The notes under the pieces: generated by a model
Told to the model about the DNA's origin: nothing
Database searches by the model: none
What the model saw: the letters and a program-made list of their open reading frames with translations, nothing else
In this document: piece by piece, positions 48,343 through 58,062 of the stretch
Layout of the letters: every line of letters begins with the position of its first letter
How positions within the stretch are numbered: position 1 is the stretch's first letter
Program-made: the position numbers and the translations under genes
Source of the DNA: Minisyncoccota bacterium
Lineage (GTDB): Bacteria; Patescibacteriota; Minisyncoccia; Phycocordibacterales; UBA9973
NCBI GenBank assembly: GCA_041664465.1
Contig: JBAYKP010000003.1
Location: 19,405-83,404 of the forward strand
Reading direction: 5' to 3'
Length of the DNA: 64,000 nucleotides

Positions 48343-48897
48343 TTAATTTTTAGATTTTTTAAAGCCTTTGAATACAAAATAAAGAGAAATAATTTGTAAT
48401 GCTACAAATATCCATTTATTTTGTATTGTCATTAAAATTCCCATACTGACATTCATAACTGCAAAAAATAACCATCCCTTCCCATTTCTTTTTGCAAGTA
48501 AATATGTACCTGCTAGATATCCGATGGTGACTCCACATTCAAGAATTTGTGTTAGTAAAATTGTTCCATGACTTTCGTATATACTGTACACGATCCCAAT
48601 AATTATTAACATCCAAACAAAAATCTTGACTACCGTATCTATTCTGGGCGAATAATTATGTTTTTGAGTAGTTACAATAATTCCAAGAATCATTGATGGA
48701 GCACCTCCCAATTCAATTGTCATAGCAATCCAATTATGGTTTTGTTCTAAAACAATAATCCAAGCTGGTATTCCAATTAAATATGCTAACCACCCAATTC
48801 TGCGCCACTTAGAATTTTCTTTTCCTTCAGCATTTGAAAGGAAAATTTTTGCAAGGAGATAAAAAATACCTCCCCATAATTGCAATACAATGTTCAT
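48343..48897 (-). CDS. polytopic membrane protein (possibly PnuC-like transporter); start at MNIVLQLW preceded by a GGAGG RBS
   Basis: 5-6 TM helices; rc AGGAGGTAAAAATG at 48897-48911 (one of the few clear SD sites). Confidence 0.4.
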   Translation of the reverse strand: MNIVLQLWGGIFYLLAKIFLSNAEGKENSKWRRIGWLAYLIGIPAWIIVLEQNHNWIAMTIELGGAPSMILGIIVTTQKHNYSPRIDTVVKIFVWMLIIIGIVYSIYESHGTILLTQILECGVTIGYLAGTYLLAKRNGKGWLFFAVMNVSMGILMTIQNKWIFVALQIISLYFVFKGFKKSKN

Positions 48898-49087
48898 TTT
48901 TACCTCCTCTTTTTTGTTTTGAGTAACAGTACTCATTAATAATATAAAAAATAAAAATTTATTTGTCAAGTAATTTAAACAATAAAGACTTAAAATATAC
49001 CTATAATACATACTTAAAATTAAGCATTACATATTCTGTTCGCAGGTATTGACAAAATATGGGGCTTTAATATATACTTAGAATACT

Positions 49088-49861
49088 ATGAATGAAAATT
49101 TAGATATAAAGAAAAGTCTCGAATATATAGGCTTCTCCGAGAAGGAAGTTGTGGTGTATTTGGCATTACTTTCTTTGGGGAAAGGGACTGTCACAGAGAT
49201 ATCAAGAAAGGCTGGAATCAATCGCCCGACTGGGTATCATGTGCTCGCTTCCCTATCAACCAAAGAGCTAGTGAAGGTCTCTGGCAAAGAACCAAAGCAA
49301 GAATATGTAGCCGAATCTCCAGACCAAATAGAGAAACTTTTGCAAGATAAAATAGAAGAAGATCAAAAGTTTATAAATGAAGCAAGGAAGATTATTCCTG
49401 AACTTAAATCTATACACAATGTAGCAGATAGACCAAAAGTATTTTTCTATGAAGGAGTTGAAGGATTAAAGAAAGTTTACGAGGATACTCTCACCTCTCA
49501 TGAAGCTATAAGAGCTTATGCTACGGTTGATGATATGCATGAAGGCATACCACATTATTTCCCAGAGTATTATAAGCGACGTGCAGGGGCAGGTATTGCT
49601 ATTCGTGCAATAACTCCAAAGACAGAAATTGGTATTGAAAGAAGAAGTCATGATGCCGAAGAGAAAAGAGAAATGGCTTTTGTCCCAAAAGATAAATACT
49701 ACTTTTCTCCAGAAATAAATATTTATGATAATAAAGTTATGATAGCTTCTTGGCGAGAGAAGCTCGGCATCATTATAGAAAGTGCCGAAATTGCCGACGC
49801 GATGAAAAAGATATATGAACTCTCTTGGTCCGAAGCTAAGAGGTTGGATAAAGAAATTTAA
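49088..49861 (+). CDS. TrmB-family transcriptional regulator
   Basis: N-terminal wHTH (VVYLALLSLGKGTVTEISRKAGINRPTGYHVL) plus C-terminal TrmB-like domain. Confidence 0.65.
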   Translation: MNENLDIKKSLEYIGFSEKEVVVYLALLSLGKGTVTEISRKAGINRPTGYHVLASLSTKELVKVSGKEPKQEYVAESPDQIEKLLQDKIEEDQKFINEARKIIPELKSIHNVADRPKVFFYEGVEGLKKVYEDTLTSHEAIRAYATVDDMHEGIPHYFPEYYKRRAGAGIAIRAITPKTEIGIERRSHDAEEKREMAFVPKDKYYFSPEINIYDNKVMIASWREKLGIIIESAEIADAMKKIYELSWSEAKRLDKEI

Positions 49862-49909
49862 AAAAGTTCTGAATGTGTACCAATATCAAAAACTAGTAAG
49901 ACTAGCATG

Positions 49910-50191
49910 TCATTTTTTATTTTGTATATCATCAATCATTTCTTTGGCAGAAGAAAATCTTTTACCATGTTTGATAGCATACTGTGCTTCTTTCTCATAT
50001 TCTTTTAGCATTTCGGGAGTATATTTATGCATAAAACCAAAAGGGCATATATAGGTAGTGTTATTTGGGCTACTTACTTGATTTAAAAGATATTTAATTC
50101 CAGATGATAAATCTAGGCCCATATTTTTAAAAGCTTTTTGAGCTTTTGATTTTGTTGTCTGGTCTATTCTTATTTGTATTGTTGTATTCAT
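49910..50191 (-). CDS. RelB/DinJ-family antitoxin-like protein (orphan)
   Basis: TIQIRIDQTTKSKAQKAFKNMGLDLSSGIKYLL matches the DinJ ribbon-helix-helix N-terminus; no cognate toxin adjacent. Confidence 0.5.
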   Translation of the reverse strand: MNTTIQIRIDQTTKSKAQKAFKNMGLDLSSGIKYLLNQVSSPNNTTYICPFGFMHKYTPEMLKEYEKEAQYAIKHGKRFSSAKEMIDDIQNKK

Positions 50192-50233
50192 ATTTTATAT
50201 AATACTCCCTTGTAATGACAATGTCAATACAAG

Positions 50234-51802
50234 TTAACTTTCTCTCGGTCTATATTGAAGAGCTTCTAAAATATGAGATTGAGAGATATCAACACTGCCT
50301 TCTAGGTCGGCAATGGTGCGGGCGAGCTTGATGGTGCGGTGGTAGGCACGAGCGGAGAGTTGCAGACGTTCAGCACTTTGATTTAGAAGTTTCTTGGTCT
50401 CATTATCGAGCGGTGCATAAATATTTAATTCTTTCACATTCATCTCGCTGTTCGTATTTATTTTCCTTGGAGAATTTTTAAATCTTTTTGTTTGTATTTC
50501 GCGAGCATTCTTTACTCTCTCTTTTATTGTATTCGTTTTCTCTCCTTCTTGTCCTATGGAGGAAAGCTTTTCATAATCTACATTCCCCACTATTACCCAG
50601 ATATCTATACGATCCATTATAGGTCCGGAAAGTTTCCTTTTATATCTATCTAGGTCGCCTTGTTTACAAATACAATCCTTCTGCTTATTGCCTTTATTGC
50701 CACAAGGGCAAGGATTCATAGCAGCAACGAGGATAAAGTTGGAAGGAAATATTGCCGAGCCCTTGGCACGAGAAATAGAAACGATGTTGTCTTCAAGTGG
50801 CTGGCGTAGTGACTCTAAAACTTTCTTTTCAAATTCTGGAAATTCATCAAGGAAAAGTACTCCTCGGTGAGCCAAAGTTACTTCGCCAGGTTTAGGATTG
50901 ACTCCGCCACCAATCATAGAGACGTAGCTTGCAGTATGATGTGGGGCTCGAAATGGTGGATCAGTAATGATGGCATCTTCTAGAAGTCCTACCACAGAAT
51001 GTATACCTGTAATTTCTAAGCAATCATCTTTCTCTAGATCAGGAAGTATTTGCGAGAAGACTCGGGCTAGCATTGTCTTGCCCGTTCCTGGAGGACCTGA
51101 CATTGCGATATTGTGCCCACCACTCGCTGCAATTTCAAGCCCTCTCTTGGCTCCTTCTTGACCTTTGATATCAGAGAAGTCGATATTGTTTTCTTTTTCT
51201 TTGTGAATAATTTCTGTCTTAGGTTGAGGAATTATTTTTGGTCTTTCTGGTTCAAGCAAATTTCCTTTCCTATCTTTTTTTGATATATAAATGTGGTCTA
51301 TCACTTCTTTCAAATTCTTCACACCATATATAGTGATGCCATCTACTAAGGCGGCTTCGGAGGCATTGTCTATCGGCAAGAATATTTCTTTGTATCCAAG
51401 CTTCTTGGCTTCTTGTGTAAGAGGCAATGCTCCTTTTATTGGCCTCAATTCTCCATTTAAAGAAAGTTCTCCTAGGAATATTCGCCCTTCGGGGTCAAAC
51501 TTTATTTCTTCTGCTGAAAGTAAGTATGCAAGTGCAATAGCTAAGTCAAAATATGGTCCTTCTTTCTTAAGGTCTGCTGGAGATAGAGAAATAACGACTT
51601 TCTGATTTTGATTCTTGGGGGATTCAAAGCCTGAATTTTTCAAAGCCGAGCTCATTCTATCTTTTGATTCATCGACGGCCTTATCGGGAAGTCCAACCAA
51701 CGTAAAAGAATGCAAAGTTTTCTTTGTAATGTCTACTTCTACTGTGACAATCTTGCCTTTTAGGAGATGTGTTTGTGCAGAATATATTCTTGAAAACGAC
51801 AT
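50234..51802 (-). CDS. comM: YifB/ComM family Mg-chelatase-like AAA+ ATPase
   Basis: Lon-like N-terminal domain, Walker A GPPGTGKTM, Walker B, C-terminal Mg-chelatase domain. Confidence 0.85.
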   Translation of the reverse strand: MSFSRIYSAQTHLLKGKIVTVEVDITKKTLHSFTLVGLPDKAVDESKDRMSSALKNSGFESPKNQNQKVVISLSPADLKKEGPYFDLAIALAYLLSAEEIKFDPEGRIFLGELSLNGELRPIKGALPLTQEAKKLGYKEIFLPIDNASEAALVDGITIYGVKNLKEVIDHIYISKKDRKGNLLEPERPKIIPQPKTEIIHKEKENNIDFSDIKGQEGAKRGLEIAASGGHNIAMSGPPGTGKTMLARVFSQILPDLEKDDCLEITGIHSVVGLLEDAIITDPPFRAPHHTASYVSMIGGGVNPKPGEVTLAHRGVLFLDEFPEFEKKVLESLRQPLEDNIVSISRAKGSAIFPSNFILVAAMNPCPCGNKGNKQKDCICKQGDLDRYKRKLSGPIMDRIDIWVIVGNVDYEKLSSIGQEGEKTNTIKERVKNAREIQTKRFKNSPRKINTNSEMNVKELNIYAPLDNETKKLLNQSAERLQLSARAYHRTIKLARTIADLEGSVDISQSHILEALQYRPRES

Positions 51803-51810
51803 ATATTGTT

Positions 51811-51829
51811 CCCTAGGTCCGACCTAGGG
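51811..51829. repeat. perfect palindrome CCCTAGGTC-c-GACCTAGGG, 9 nt upstream of the comM start; second copy inside xerC at 58484-58504
   Basis: read directly. Confidence 0.4.
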
Positions 51830-51839
51830 TCTATAAAAA

Positions 51840-52202
51840 CTAAACAACTTTCTCCATACAAGACATACAAGTTTTCGCACTTGGATTCACTTCTAATCTT
51901 TCTTCTTCTATTTTATTGTGGCAGATTTCACATACCCCATATGTCCCAATCTCTATCTTGGATAACGCACTTTGTATATCATTTAATCTAGATTCTAATG
52001 CAGAAAGAGTACTTGATTTCTCCTCATAATCTTCGGCTCTATCTGCCAAGTCTCCTTCATCAGGTACATCTTGAGTACTGACTTCACTTTCAGGGGTAGC
52101 TTCCCAGTCGCCTGTCTCATCCTTCTTGCCGAGTGAGGCTAGCTCTTCTTCCAATAACTTTTTCTCTTCTTCTAATTTTGTTTTATGTGTATTTGTGTTC
52201 AT
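51840..52202 (-). CDS. dksA: DksA/TraR-family C4 zinc-finger protein
   Basis: C-terminal CEICHNKI...CMSCM zinc finger; coiled-coil N-terminus. Confidence 0.6.
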   Translation of the reverse strand: MNTNTHKTKLEEEKKLLEEELASLGKKDETGDWEATPESEVSTQDVPDEGDLADRAEDYEEKSSTLSALESRLNDIQSALSKIEIGTYGVCEICHNKIEEERLEVNPSAKTCMSCMEKVV

Positions 52203-52240
52203 ATTTTTATTTTATCATTATTATGGATAAATTAGCAATT

Positions 52241-53119
52241 TTATAACGGCTTGATATTTTTTATTATTAATCTTGCAATTATTTCTTTTATGGTGTCTTC
52301 ACTATCTGCTATGATGAGATTATTTTTATCGTTAAACATATAGTACAGTATTGGCACGTCACTCTCATTAGAGAGGACTCTGGCATCTTTATTATTGATA
52401 ATAATATCTTTCCATTGTCTTGCATTTAATTGCAGGATACTTTCTTTGGTATTGAGTTCAAATAATGAGAACATATCTCTTGCTAATGTTTTCTCCCATT
52501 CCAGCATTCCAGCATAAGTATACTCGTAATCTTTCGTCTGGAATATTAAGAATAATTTCTTGTTATACATTCCTATCATATATGAAGGGGACAAAGATCT
52601 GACAAGTGATGAAGGGGCAGTGAAATTCATCTCAGAGAAAATTTCAGGGGCTCCTAGCTTTTCTTTCACACCATTTGCATCTTTCGTTATGGAGATAAGT
52701 CGGATTGAATTTTCTTTATCCACGACACTCGCATCTTTTTTCAGGGCGTTTACTTTCTCTACTAGATTATTAGTATTAGTCGCATCTATGAAAGAGTTCG
52801 CATCATAAGAAATTATTGATTCTTCCTTCACTACTTCTACGACGGTATTATCTATCGCTTTTTGTTTGAGGATATAATACACTCCGAAGATAGCCACCGC
52901 AATTAGAAGTAATCCGCCAATGAACCAGAAAGTTTTCTTGGCAGGAGTGCCTTCTATTTTCTTGTAGATATCTTCTCGCTCGTGTTTATTCTGTTCTGCA
53001 AGGGCAACTTTAATAACAGAGATTTCATTTTGTCGTACAGTGTCAGCCATATCAGAGAGATAAGTTCTGACAGTTTTTAGATTTTCTCCGTTATTATGTT
53101 GTTGATTATTTTCATCCAT
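52241..53119 (-). CDS. membrane-anchored hypothetical protein
   Basis: single TM; abuts the pnp stop. Confidence 0.45.
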   Translation of the reverse strand: MDENNQQHNNGENLKTVRTYLSDMADTVRQNEISVIKVALAEQNKHEREDIYKKIEGTPAKKTFWFIGGLLLIAVAIFGVYYILKQKAIDNTVVEVVKEESIISYDANSFIDATNTNNLVEKVNALKKDASVVDKENSIRLISITKDANGVKEKLGAPEIFSEMNFTAPSSLVRSLSPSYMIGMYNKKLFLIFQTKDYEYTYAGMLEWEKTLARDMFSLFELNTKESILQLNARQWKDIIINNKDARVLSNESDVPILYYMFNDKNNLIIADSEDTIKEIIARLIIKNIKPL

Positions 53120-55246
53120 TTATATTTTTGGTTTAAAGAAATCTTTATTTGCTTCTTTAATAGAAAGATTGAGTCTGCCTCTCTCATCTACTTTTATTAT
53201 TTTTACTGGTACAATATCTCCTTCTTTAATAATATCAGAAACTTTCTCTACTCGGAATGGGGCAATCTCTGATATGTGGACTAGCCCTTCTGTCTCTCCA
53301 CTTATCTTTACAAAAGCACCAAAGTCCATAAGCTTGACCACGACCCCTTCGGCTACTTCCCCTATTTTATATTCATGAGTCATCTCTTCAATTATTTTAA
53401 CAGCCTTCTCTGCTCCGCCATTCTTGCCAGTAACGAAGACCGTGCCATCTTCTTCTATTGTTATCTCTGTGCCGGTCTCTTCACGGATGGCATTTATATT
53501 CTTGCCTCCTGGGCCGATGACCATACCTATCTGATCTTTTTTAATTTTGACAGTCAGAATCATCGGTGCATTCGGAGAAATATTTGCTCTTGGTTCGGCA
53601 ATTTCTTTTGTGATAGTTTCAAGAATTTGTAGACGAGCAGTCTTGGCACGAAGTAAGGCCGCTTTCAAAATTTCAATTTGAACGCCATCCACTTTCACGT
53701 CTAGTTGTATTGCGGTAATTCCATTTTTAGTTCCTGCAACTTTGAAGTCCATATCGCCGTAGTGATCCTCTGGTCCTTGGATGTCAGTTAAGAGAACATA
53801 TTTGTTTACATCACTCTCGTCTGCCATAAGTCCGACAGAGATTCCAGCGACCGGAGTCTTGATCGGCACACCACCATCCATGAGAGCAATAGTTGCTGCG
53901 CAGATGGATGCTTGAGAAGTAGAACCATTGGAGGCTGTTGATTCAGAGACGACACGAATCGTATAAGGGAAATTTATTTTATTTGGAATGACAGGAGTCA
54001 GAGCTTTCTCTGCGAGGAATCCATGCCCCATCTCTCTTCTATTTATTCCACCGACTCTTCCTGTCTCACCTCCTGAATATGGAGGGAAATTATAATGATG
54101 CATAAAACGTTTCTTGGATTCTGATTCCATTCCCTGCACGATTAACATATCTTCTGGTCCACCAAGAGCGAGGACTGAGAGCACATGAGTCTCTCCTCGA
54201 TAGAAGATTCCTGATCCGTGCAACACAGGAGATACACCTCCTGCTTTAGCAAAGAGTGGTCTTACTTCATCTACCTTTCTACCATCAGCACGAATATTTT
54301 TCTCGAGTGCCATCTTGTGAAACGAAGCATCTAGATAATGGTGGAGGTAATCTTCCGAGGCACTTTTGATAGCATCTTTCTCTTCTTCGGGATATTTTGC
54401 GTCAAGAATTTCTCCCCAAAGTTTCTCCATTTCACTTGTAACTTTTTTACTTTCGTTACTGAAAAGTTTCTCATCAAGTGCGGGCTTTATCTTTTCATCA
54501 AAGAGAGTGATGATATCTTTCTCTACTTCTATTTTAGGGAATACTAATTTTTCTTTTCCTAATTCTTTTTGTAACATCTTTTGGAATTCTTCCCACTTTG
54601 TAATCTCGAGAGAAGCGAGATCAAAACATTTACCGATCTCATCTTCAGAAAGCTCGTACGCCATCGCTTCTATCATATTGATAGTTTTATCTTTCCCGCA
54701 AACAGAAAGATCAAGGTCATAGACAGATTCATCGGCATTTGGAATGTAATGATTTACTTTCAATGTTCCATCTTCTTTTGTTTTACTTATTTGAACTGCT
54801 CCGATAGGTCCGTTCCAAGGAATGTTGGAAGTATGAAGTGCAATAGATGCAGCATTCACTCCTAATATTTTTGGATCAGTATTTCCGACAGCAATAACTG
54901 TAATAATAACTTGGACAGCATTCTTAATATGCTGATCGAAAAGTGGACGGATAGTACGATCTATCACGCGAGCTGCGAGGATGGCTTGGTCGCTTGGTCT
55001 GCCCTCTCGCTTGTTGTACTGACCGCCGAGAATTTTCCCAGCGGCGTAGAACTTTTCTAAATATTCAACTGTTAGATTGAAGAATCCAAGATTCTTGCTT
55101 CCATCTTTTGAGATGACGGCTGTCGCCATTACGACTGTCCCCTCACTTTTCAATATCACCGAACCATTTGCTTGATTGGCTAGGTCAGAGAACATTGCGA
55201 CAATTTTCTTGCCACCAATTTCTACTTCATATTCTTTACTTTGCAT
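53120..55246 (-). CDS. pnp: polyribonucleotide nucleotidyltransferase (PNPase)
   Basis: two RNase PH domains, KH and S1 C-terminal domains, about 700 aa. Confidence 0.9.
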   Translation of the reverse strand: MQSKEYEVEIGGKKIVAMFSDLANQANGSVILKSEGTVVMATAVISKDGSKNLGFFNLTVEYLEKFYAAGKILGGQYNKREGRPSDQAILAARVIDRTIRPLFDQHIKNAVQVIITVIAVGNTDPKILGVNAASIALHTSNIPWNGPIGAVQISKTKEDGTLKVNHYIPNADESVYDLDLSVCGKDKTINMIEAMAYELSEDEIGKCFDLASLEITKWEEFQKMLQKELGKEKLVFPKIEVEKDIITLFDEKIKPALDEKLFSNESKKVTSEMEKLWGEILDAKYPEEEKDAIKSASEDYLHHYLDASFHKMALEKNIRADGRKVDEVRPLFAKAGGVSPVLHGSGIFYRGETHVLSVLALGGPEDMLIVQGMESESKKRFMHHYNFPPYSGGETGRVGGINRREMGHGFLAEKALTPVIPNKINFPYTIRVVSESTASNGSTSQASICAATIALMDGGVPIKTPVAGISVGLMADESDVNKYVLLTDIQGPEDHYGDMDFKVAGTKNGITAIQLDVKVDGVQIEILKAALLRAKTARLQILETITKEIAEPRANISPNAPMILTVKIKKDQIGMVIGPGGKNINAIREETGTEITIEEDGTVFVTGKNGGAEKAVKIIEEMTHEYKIGEVAEGVVVKLMDFGAFVKISGETEGLVHISEIAPFRVEKVSDIIKEGDIVPVKIIKVDERGRLNLSIKEANKDFFKPKI

Positions 55247-55412
55247 AATAATTTATAGCTACTCTCCAGACTCTAGTTTTGAAACCCATTTTACTTACCC
55301 GTGGCTTCAACTCTAATTGTCCGAAGATTAACTAGGTTATCTTTTAATGGGGGTATTATAACACAAATCTGTTATTTTATAAAGCTCTGATTATTGTGCT
55401 ATATTTAGTTTT

Positions 55413-55979
55413 ATGGCAATAATTATTTTTGATTTTGATGATACTCTTTTTGAGACTCATAAGCTGAAAGATTCTATTTTTAAAAAAATAAAATCTTTTG
55501 GAGTATCTCATGAAATTATTTTGAGTACCTACAAAGAAGCAGTTGAGAAGTTTGATCATTATACCCCGATCAATCATATCTCAATTATTAATGAGATGGA
55601 CGAGTTTAATATTCCAGATTATGACATAGAAAAAATTAATGATATTGATTTTAGTTTTCATGAGATTGATGAAACACGCAAAATCCTTCTAGATTTATCA
55701 AAAAAGCATACACTCATTCTTCTAACATTAGGAGACAAAAATTTTCAAGAACTTAAAATTATTAATTCTGGTTTTGCTTCGTGTTTTAGTGAGATTCATA
55801 TTGTTTTCAAGAAAAAAGAAAATTTTCTTAAAGAAAAGAATTTTCAAGGGGATGTGTATTTTATAAATGATAAAAAATCTGAAAATGAAATAATAAGGAA
55901 AATGTTCCCCCATATCCAAGTTATTGATTTTGACATAAAAAATCAGGGAAGCCTTAGTAGACTCCCCTTCATTTCTTAA
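55413..55979 (+). CDS. HAD-superfamily hydrolase
   Basis: N-terminal FDFDDTL (DxDxT) motif. Confidence 0.6.
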   Translation: MAIIIFDFDDTLFETHKLKDSIFKKIKSFGVSHEIILSTYKEAVEKFDHYTPINHISIINEMDEFNIPDYDIEKINDIDFSFHEIDETRKILLDLSKKHTLILLTLGDKNFQELKIINSGFASCFSEIHIVFKKKENFLKEKNFQGDVYFINDKKSENEIIRKMFPHIQVIDFDIKNQGSLSRLPFIS

Positions 55980-55981
55980 TA

Positions 55982-56959
55982 TTATAGATCACATCCCGAT
56001 GGGCCGTTACCAGCCCCTCTCATCGTGATTTTTTTACCTGCCACTTTCGCGGCAAAGTAAATAGCCTCTTTTATTTCTTCTTCTGTAATTTCCAGAATTG
56101 ATTTCCCAGTTTTTACAAAAAATGAAATTAAAGATCCAGCGAACCAGTCGCCGGCGCCTGTAGGGAATATTTCTTCTCCATCAAAAATATAATCAGTATA
56201 AGCATCAAATTTCTCTGTTACCTCTGTTACATTATTTGAGAGTGAATATTTTCCGCCATCTCTGTCTTTAGTTACAACCACAAGGGATACTCCGAACATT
56301 TTTTGGATATCTGCTCTTGACCCAATTTCCTTATAGTGTGTACATGCTTCGTATTCAGCATGATTTATAACTAAGACATCTGTTTGTCTTAACAAATTAA
56401 AGAAAATTTCTTTTGATTGGATTAGATCCATTCTCGGATTCAAATATCTGAATCCTTTGTGATTTTCTCCAAAAAGAGCTTTTACTAAATCTGATTCAGA
56501 CGGTCGCGTACCAGTGGCAATTTTCCAAACATTTTTTCCTACATCCTGTTCTATAATTTTGATGCAGTCAGAAATTTTACTCGGCAGTAGATTCCCTTTA
56601 TATCCGAATACTTGAGAGGATTTTTTTATTCCGTCTATGGGTATAAACCCCATATGTCCCTGTTCAAGTATTGGGAATTCAACTGTTTGGATTTTTTCAT
56701 GCGAATACTTTAGAGCATAACGGAAACAATGAGTATAAAAATCATCATTGTATCCAGTTAAAGTATAAAGCGTACTTTGTATTCCCATTTTTGCCATTGC
56801 TTTGGCGACGTTTGATGACGTCCCACCAAGTTCGCAGGTCATTTCCTCTAAAGGAGCCTTTTCAGATTCCTCAAGTCTATTTATGCGAACTATTATTTCT
56901 GGGTTCGCAGAAAACCCAATGAATGCCATAGGTTTCCCAATTTCTTTTACCTTTTCCAT
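55982..56959 (-). CDS. PfkB-family carbohydrate/nucleoside kinase
   Basis: C-terminal TGAGDWFAG (GAGD) motif; ribokinase-like fold length. Confidence 0.65.
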   Translation of the reverse strand: MEKVKEIGKPMAFIGFSANPEIIVRINRLEESEKAPLEEMTCELGGTSSNVAKAMAKMGIQSTLYTLTGYNDDFYTHCFRYALKYSHEKIQTVEFPILEQGHMGFIPIDGIKKSSQVFGYKGNLLPSKISDCIKIIEQDVGKNVWKIATGTRPSESDLVKALFGENHKGFRYLNPRMDLIQSKEIFFNLLRQTDVLVINHAEYEACTHYKEIGSRADIQKMFGVSLVVVTKDRDGGKYSLSNNVTEVTEKFDAYTDYIFDGEEIFPTGAGDWFAGSLISFFVKTGKSILEITEEEIKEAIYFAAKVAGKKITMRGAGNGPSGCDL

Positions 56960-57056
56960 AATAATGTACAGTTTTGATTAAAATTTATTTTATATTAATT
57001 TGATTTTAATTTTTTTCTTCATCCTATTCTTTTTTTATCATTTAGTCAAAAATAAA

Positions 57057-57085
57057 AACACCTCTAAATTAGAGGTGTTTTTTGG
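57057..57085. terminator. bidirectional terminator (acacctcta-aat-tagaggtgt flanked by A-run and T-run)
   Basis: read directly; downstream of the NYN gene. Confidence 0.5.
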
Positions 57086-57093
57086 GCTATATT

Positions 57094-57591
57094 TTAATAC
57101 ATCAGATATTTTCTCGGATTAGCAGATAGGTCGAGGAAGTCGTCGGCAACTTCTTTTAATTTCATTGAAGTTGATTTGCCGAATGAGATTACTTCTACTT
57201 GCGTTGTATTCTTTAAATATTCAACTAATGGAACGAAGTCACCATCACCAGTTATTAAAATTACCGCGTCAATTCGTGCAGCCATAATAATAGCATCTAC
57301 AGTAATTCCTACATCCCAATCCCCCTTCTTTGCTCCACCCGCAAATATTTGCAAGTCTTTGGTCTTTGTCTCTATCCCTAATTTTGTTAATGCATCAAAA
57401 AAGTTTTTCTCTTCACCTCCTTCACTTGTTATCACATATGCGATAGCACGGACAAGCTTCCTCCCTGCGACAGCATCTCTTAGAACAGCCCCGAAGTTTA
57501 CTTTCCTTTTATATAAATTTTTGGCAGAGTGATATAGGTTTGATGTATCTATGAAAACTCCGACCCTCTGTTCTTTTTGTTTTATTATCAT
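57094..57591 (-). CDS. NYN-domain (LabA/DUF88-like) protein
   Basis: VGVFIDTSNLY ... ILITGDGDFVPL NYN nuclease-fold motifs. Confidence 0.7.
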   Translation of the reverse strand: MIIKQKEQRVGVFIDTSNLYHSAKNLYKRKVNFGAVLRDAVAGRKLVRAIAYVITSEGGEEKNFFDALTKLGIETKTKDLQIFAGGAKKGDWDVGITVDAIIMAARIDAVILITGDGDFVPLVEYLKNTTQVEVISFGKSTSMKLKEVADDFLDLSANPRKYLMY

Positions 57592-57607
57592 ATATTACTA
57601 TTATAGC

Positions 57608-57634
57608 AAAATAAAAAGCCTCTTGCGAGACTTC
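57608..57634 (-). terminator. rpsO terminator (GUCUC-GCAA-GAGGC followed by UUUUUAUUUU)
   Basis: GNRA-loop hairpin plus U-run on the minus strand immediately after the rpsO stop. Confidence 0.4.
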
Positions 57635-57640
57635 TTATTA

Positions 57641-57910
57641 TTAAGCTTTAATTTTTTTAATTTCTTTCTCGTGGCGACTCTTGTCTGTCTTCTCTAAGTA
57701 TTTAAGGTGAGTTCTCCTGTCTGCTACCATTTTGATAAGTCCACGGCGTGAATGGTTGTCTTTCTTGTGGATTTTAAGGTGGTCGGCTAATTCGTCAATT
57801 CTTTTAGATAGAACGGCAATCTGCACCTCTGGGCTTCCTGTATCTTTATCATGAAGCTGATTCTTCTTTATAATATTTTGCTTTTTCTTTGTTGTTAACA
57901 TGATTGGCAT
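57641..57910 (-). CDS. rpsO: 30S ribosomal protein S15
   Basis: [14 protein letters not shown]...[11 protein letters not shown] signature. Confidence 0.85.
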   Translation of the reverse strand: MPIMLTTKKKQNIIKKNQLHDKDTGSPEVQIAVLSKRIDELADHLKIHKKDNHSRRGLIKMVADRRTHLKYLEKTDKSRHEKEIKKIKA

Positions 57911-57945
57911 ATAGTAGCATAAAATCTTGGTAATTGCAAGGGGGT

Positions 57946-58043
57946 GTTCCCCCTCCCCTTACTAAGGGGAGGGTTGGGGAGGGGTTCCTAATTAATTAAG
58001 AACCTCCCCTCAATCCCCTCCTTGGTAAGGAGGGGAGGAATTA
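57946..58043. repeat. GC-rich palindromic repeat family 1, copy 4
   Basis: ccccctccccttactaaggggagggttggggaggggttcctaattaattaagaacctcccctcaatcccctccttggtaaggaggggaggaatt; rpsO/xerC intergenic. Confidence 0.6.
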
Positions 58044-58062
58044 AATTCATATGGTATAATTA

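Noticed and set aside
53120-57910. Expectation of an rpsO-pnp operon
   Set aside because: rpsO (57641-57910) and pnp (53120-55246) are on the same strand but separated by HAD, PfkB and NYN genes and two terminators, so they are not called co-transcribed.
2068-58043. Possibility that the GC-rich repeats form a CRISPR array
   Set aside because: Copies are tens of kb apart, internally palindromic, of unequal length and not interleaved with unique spacers; no cas genes present.
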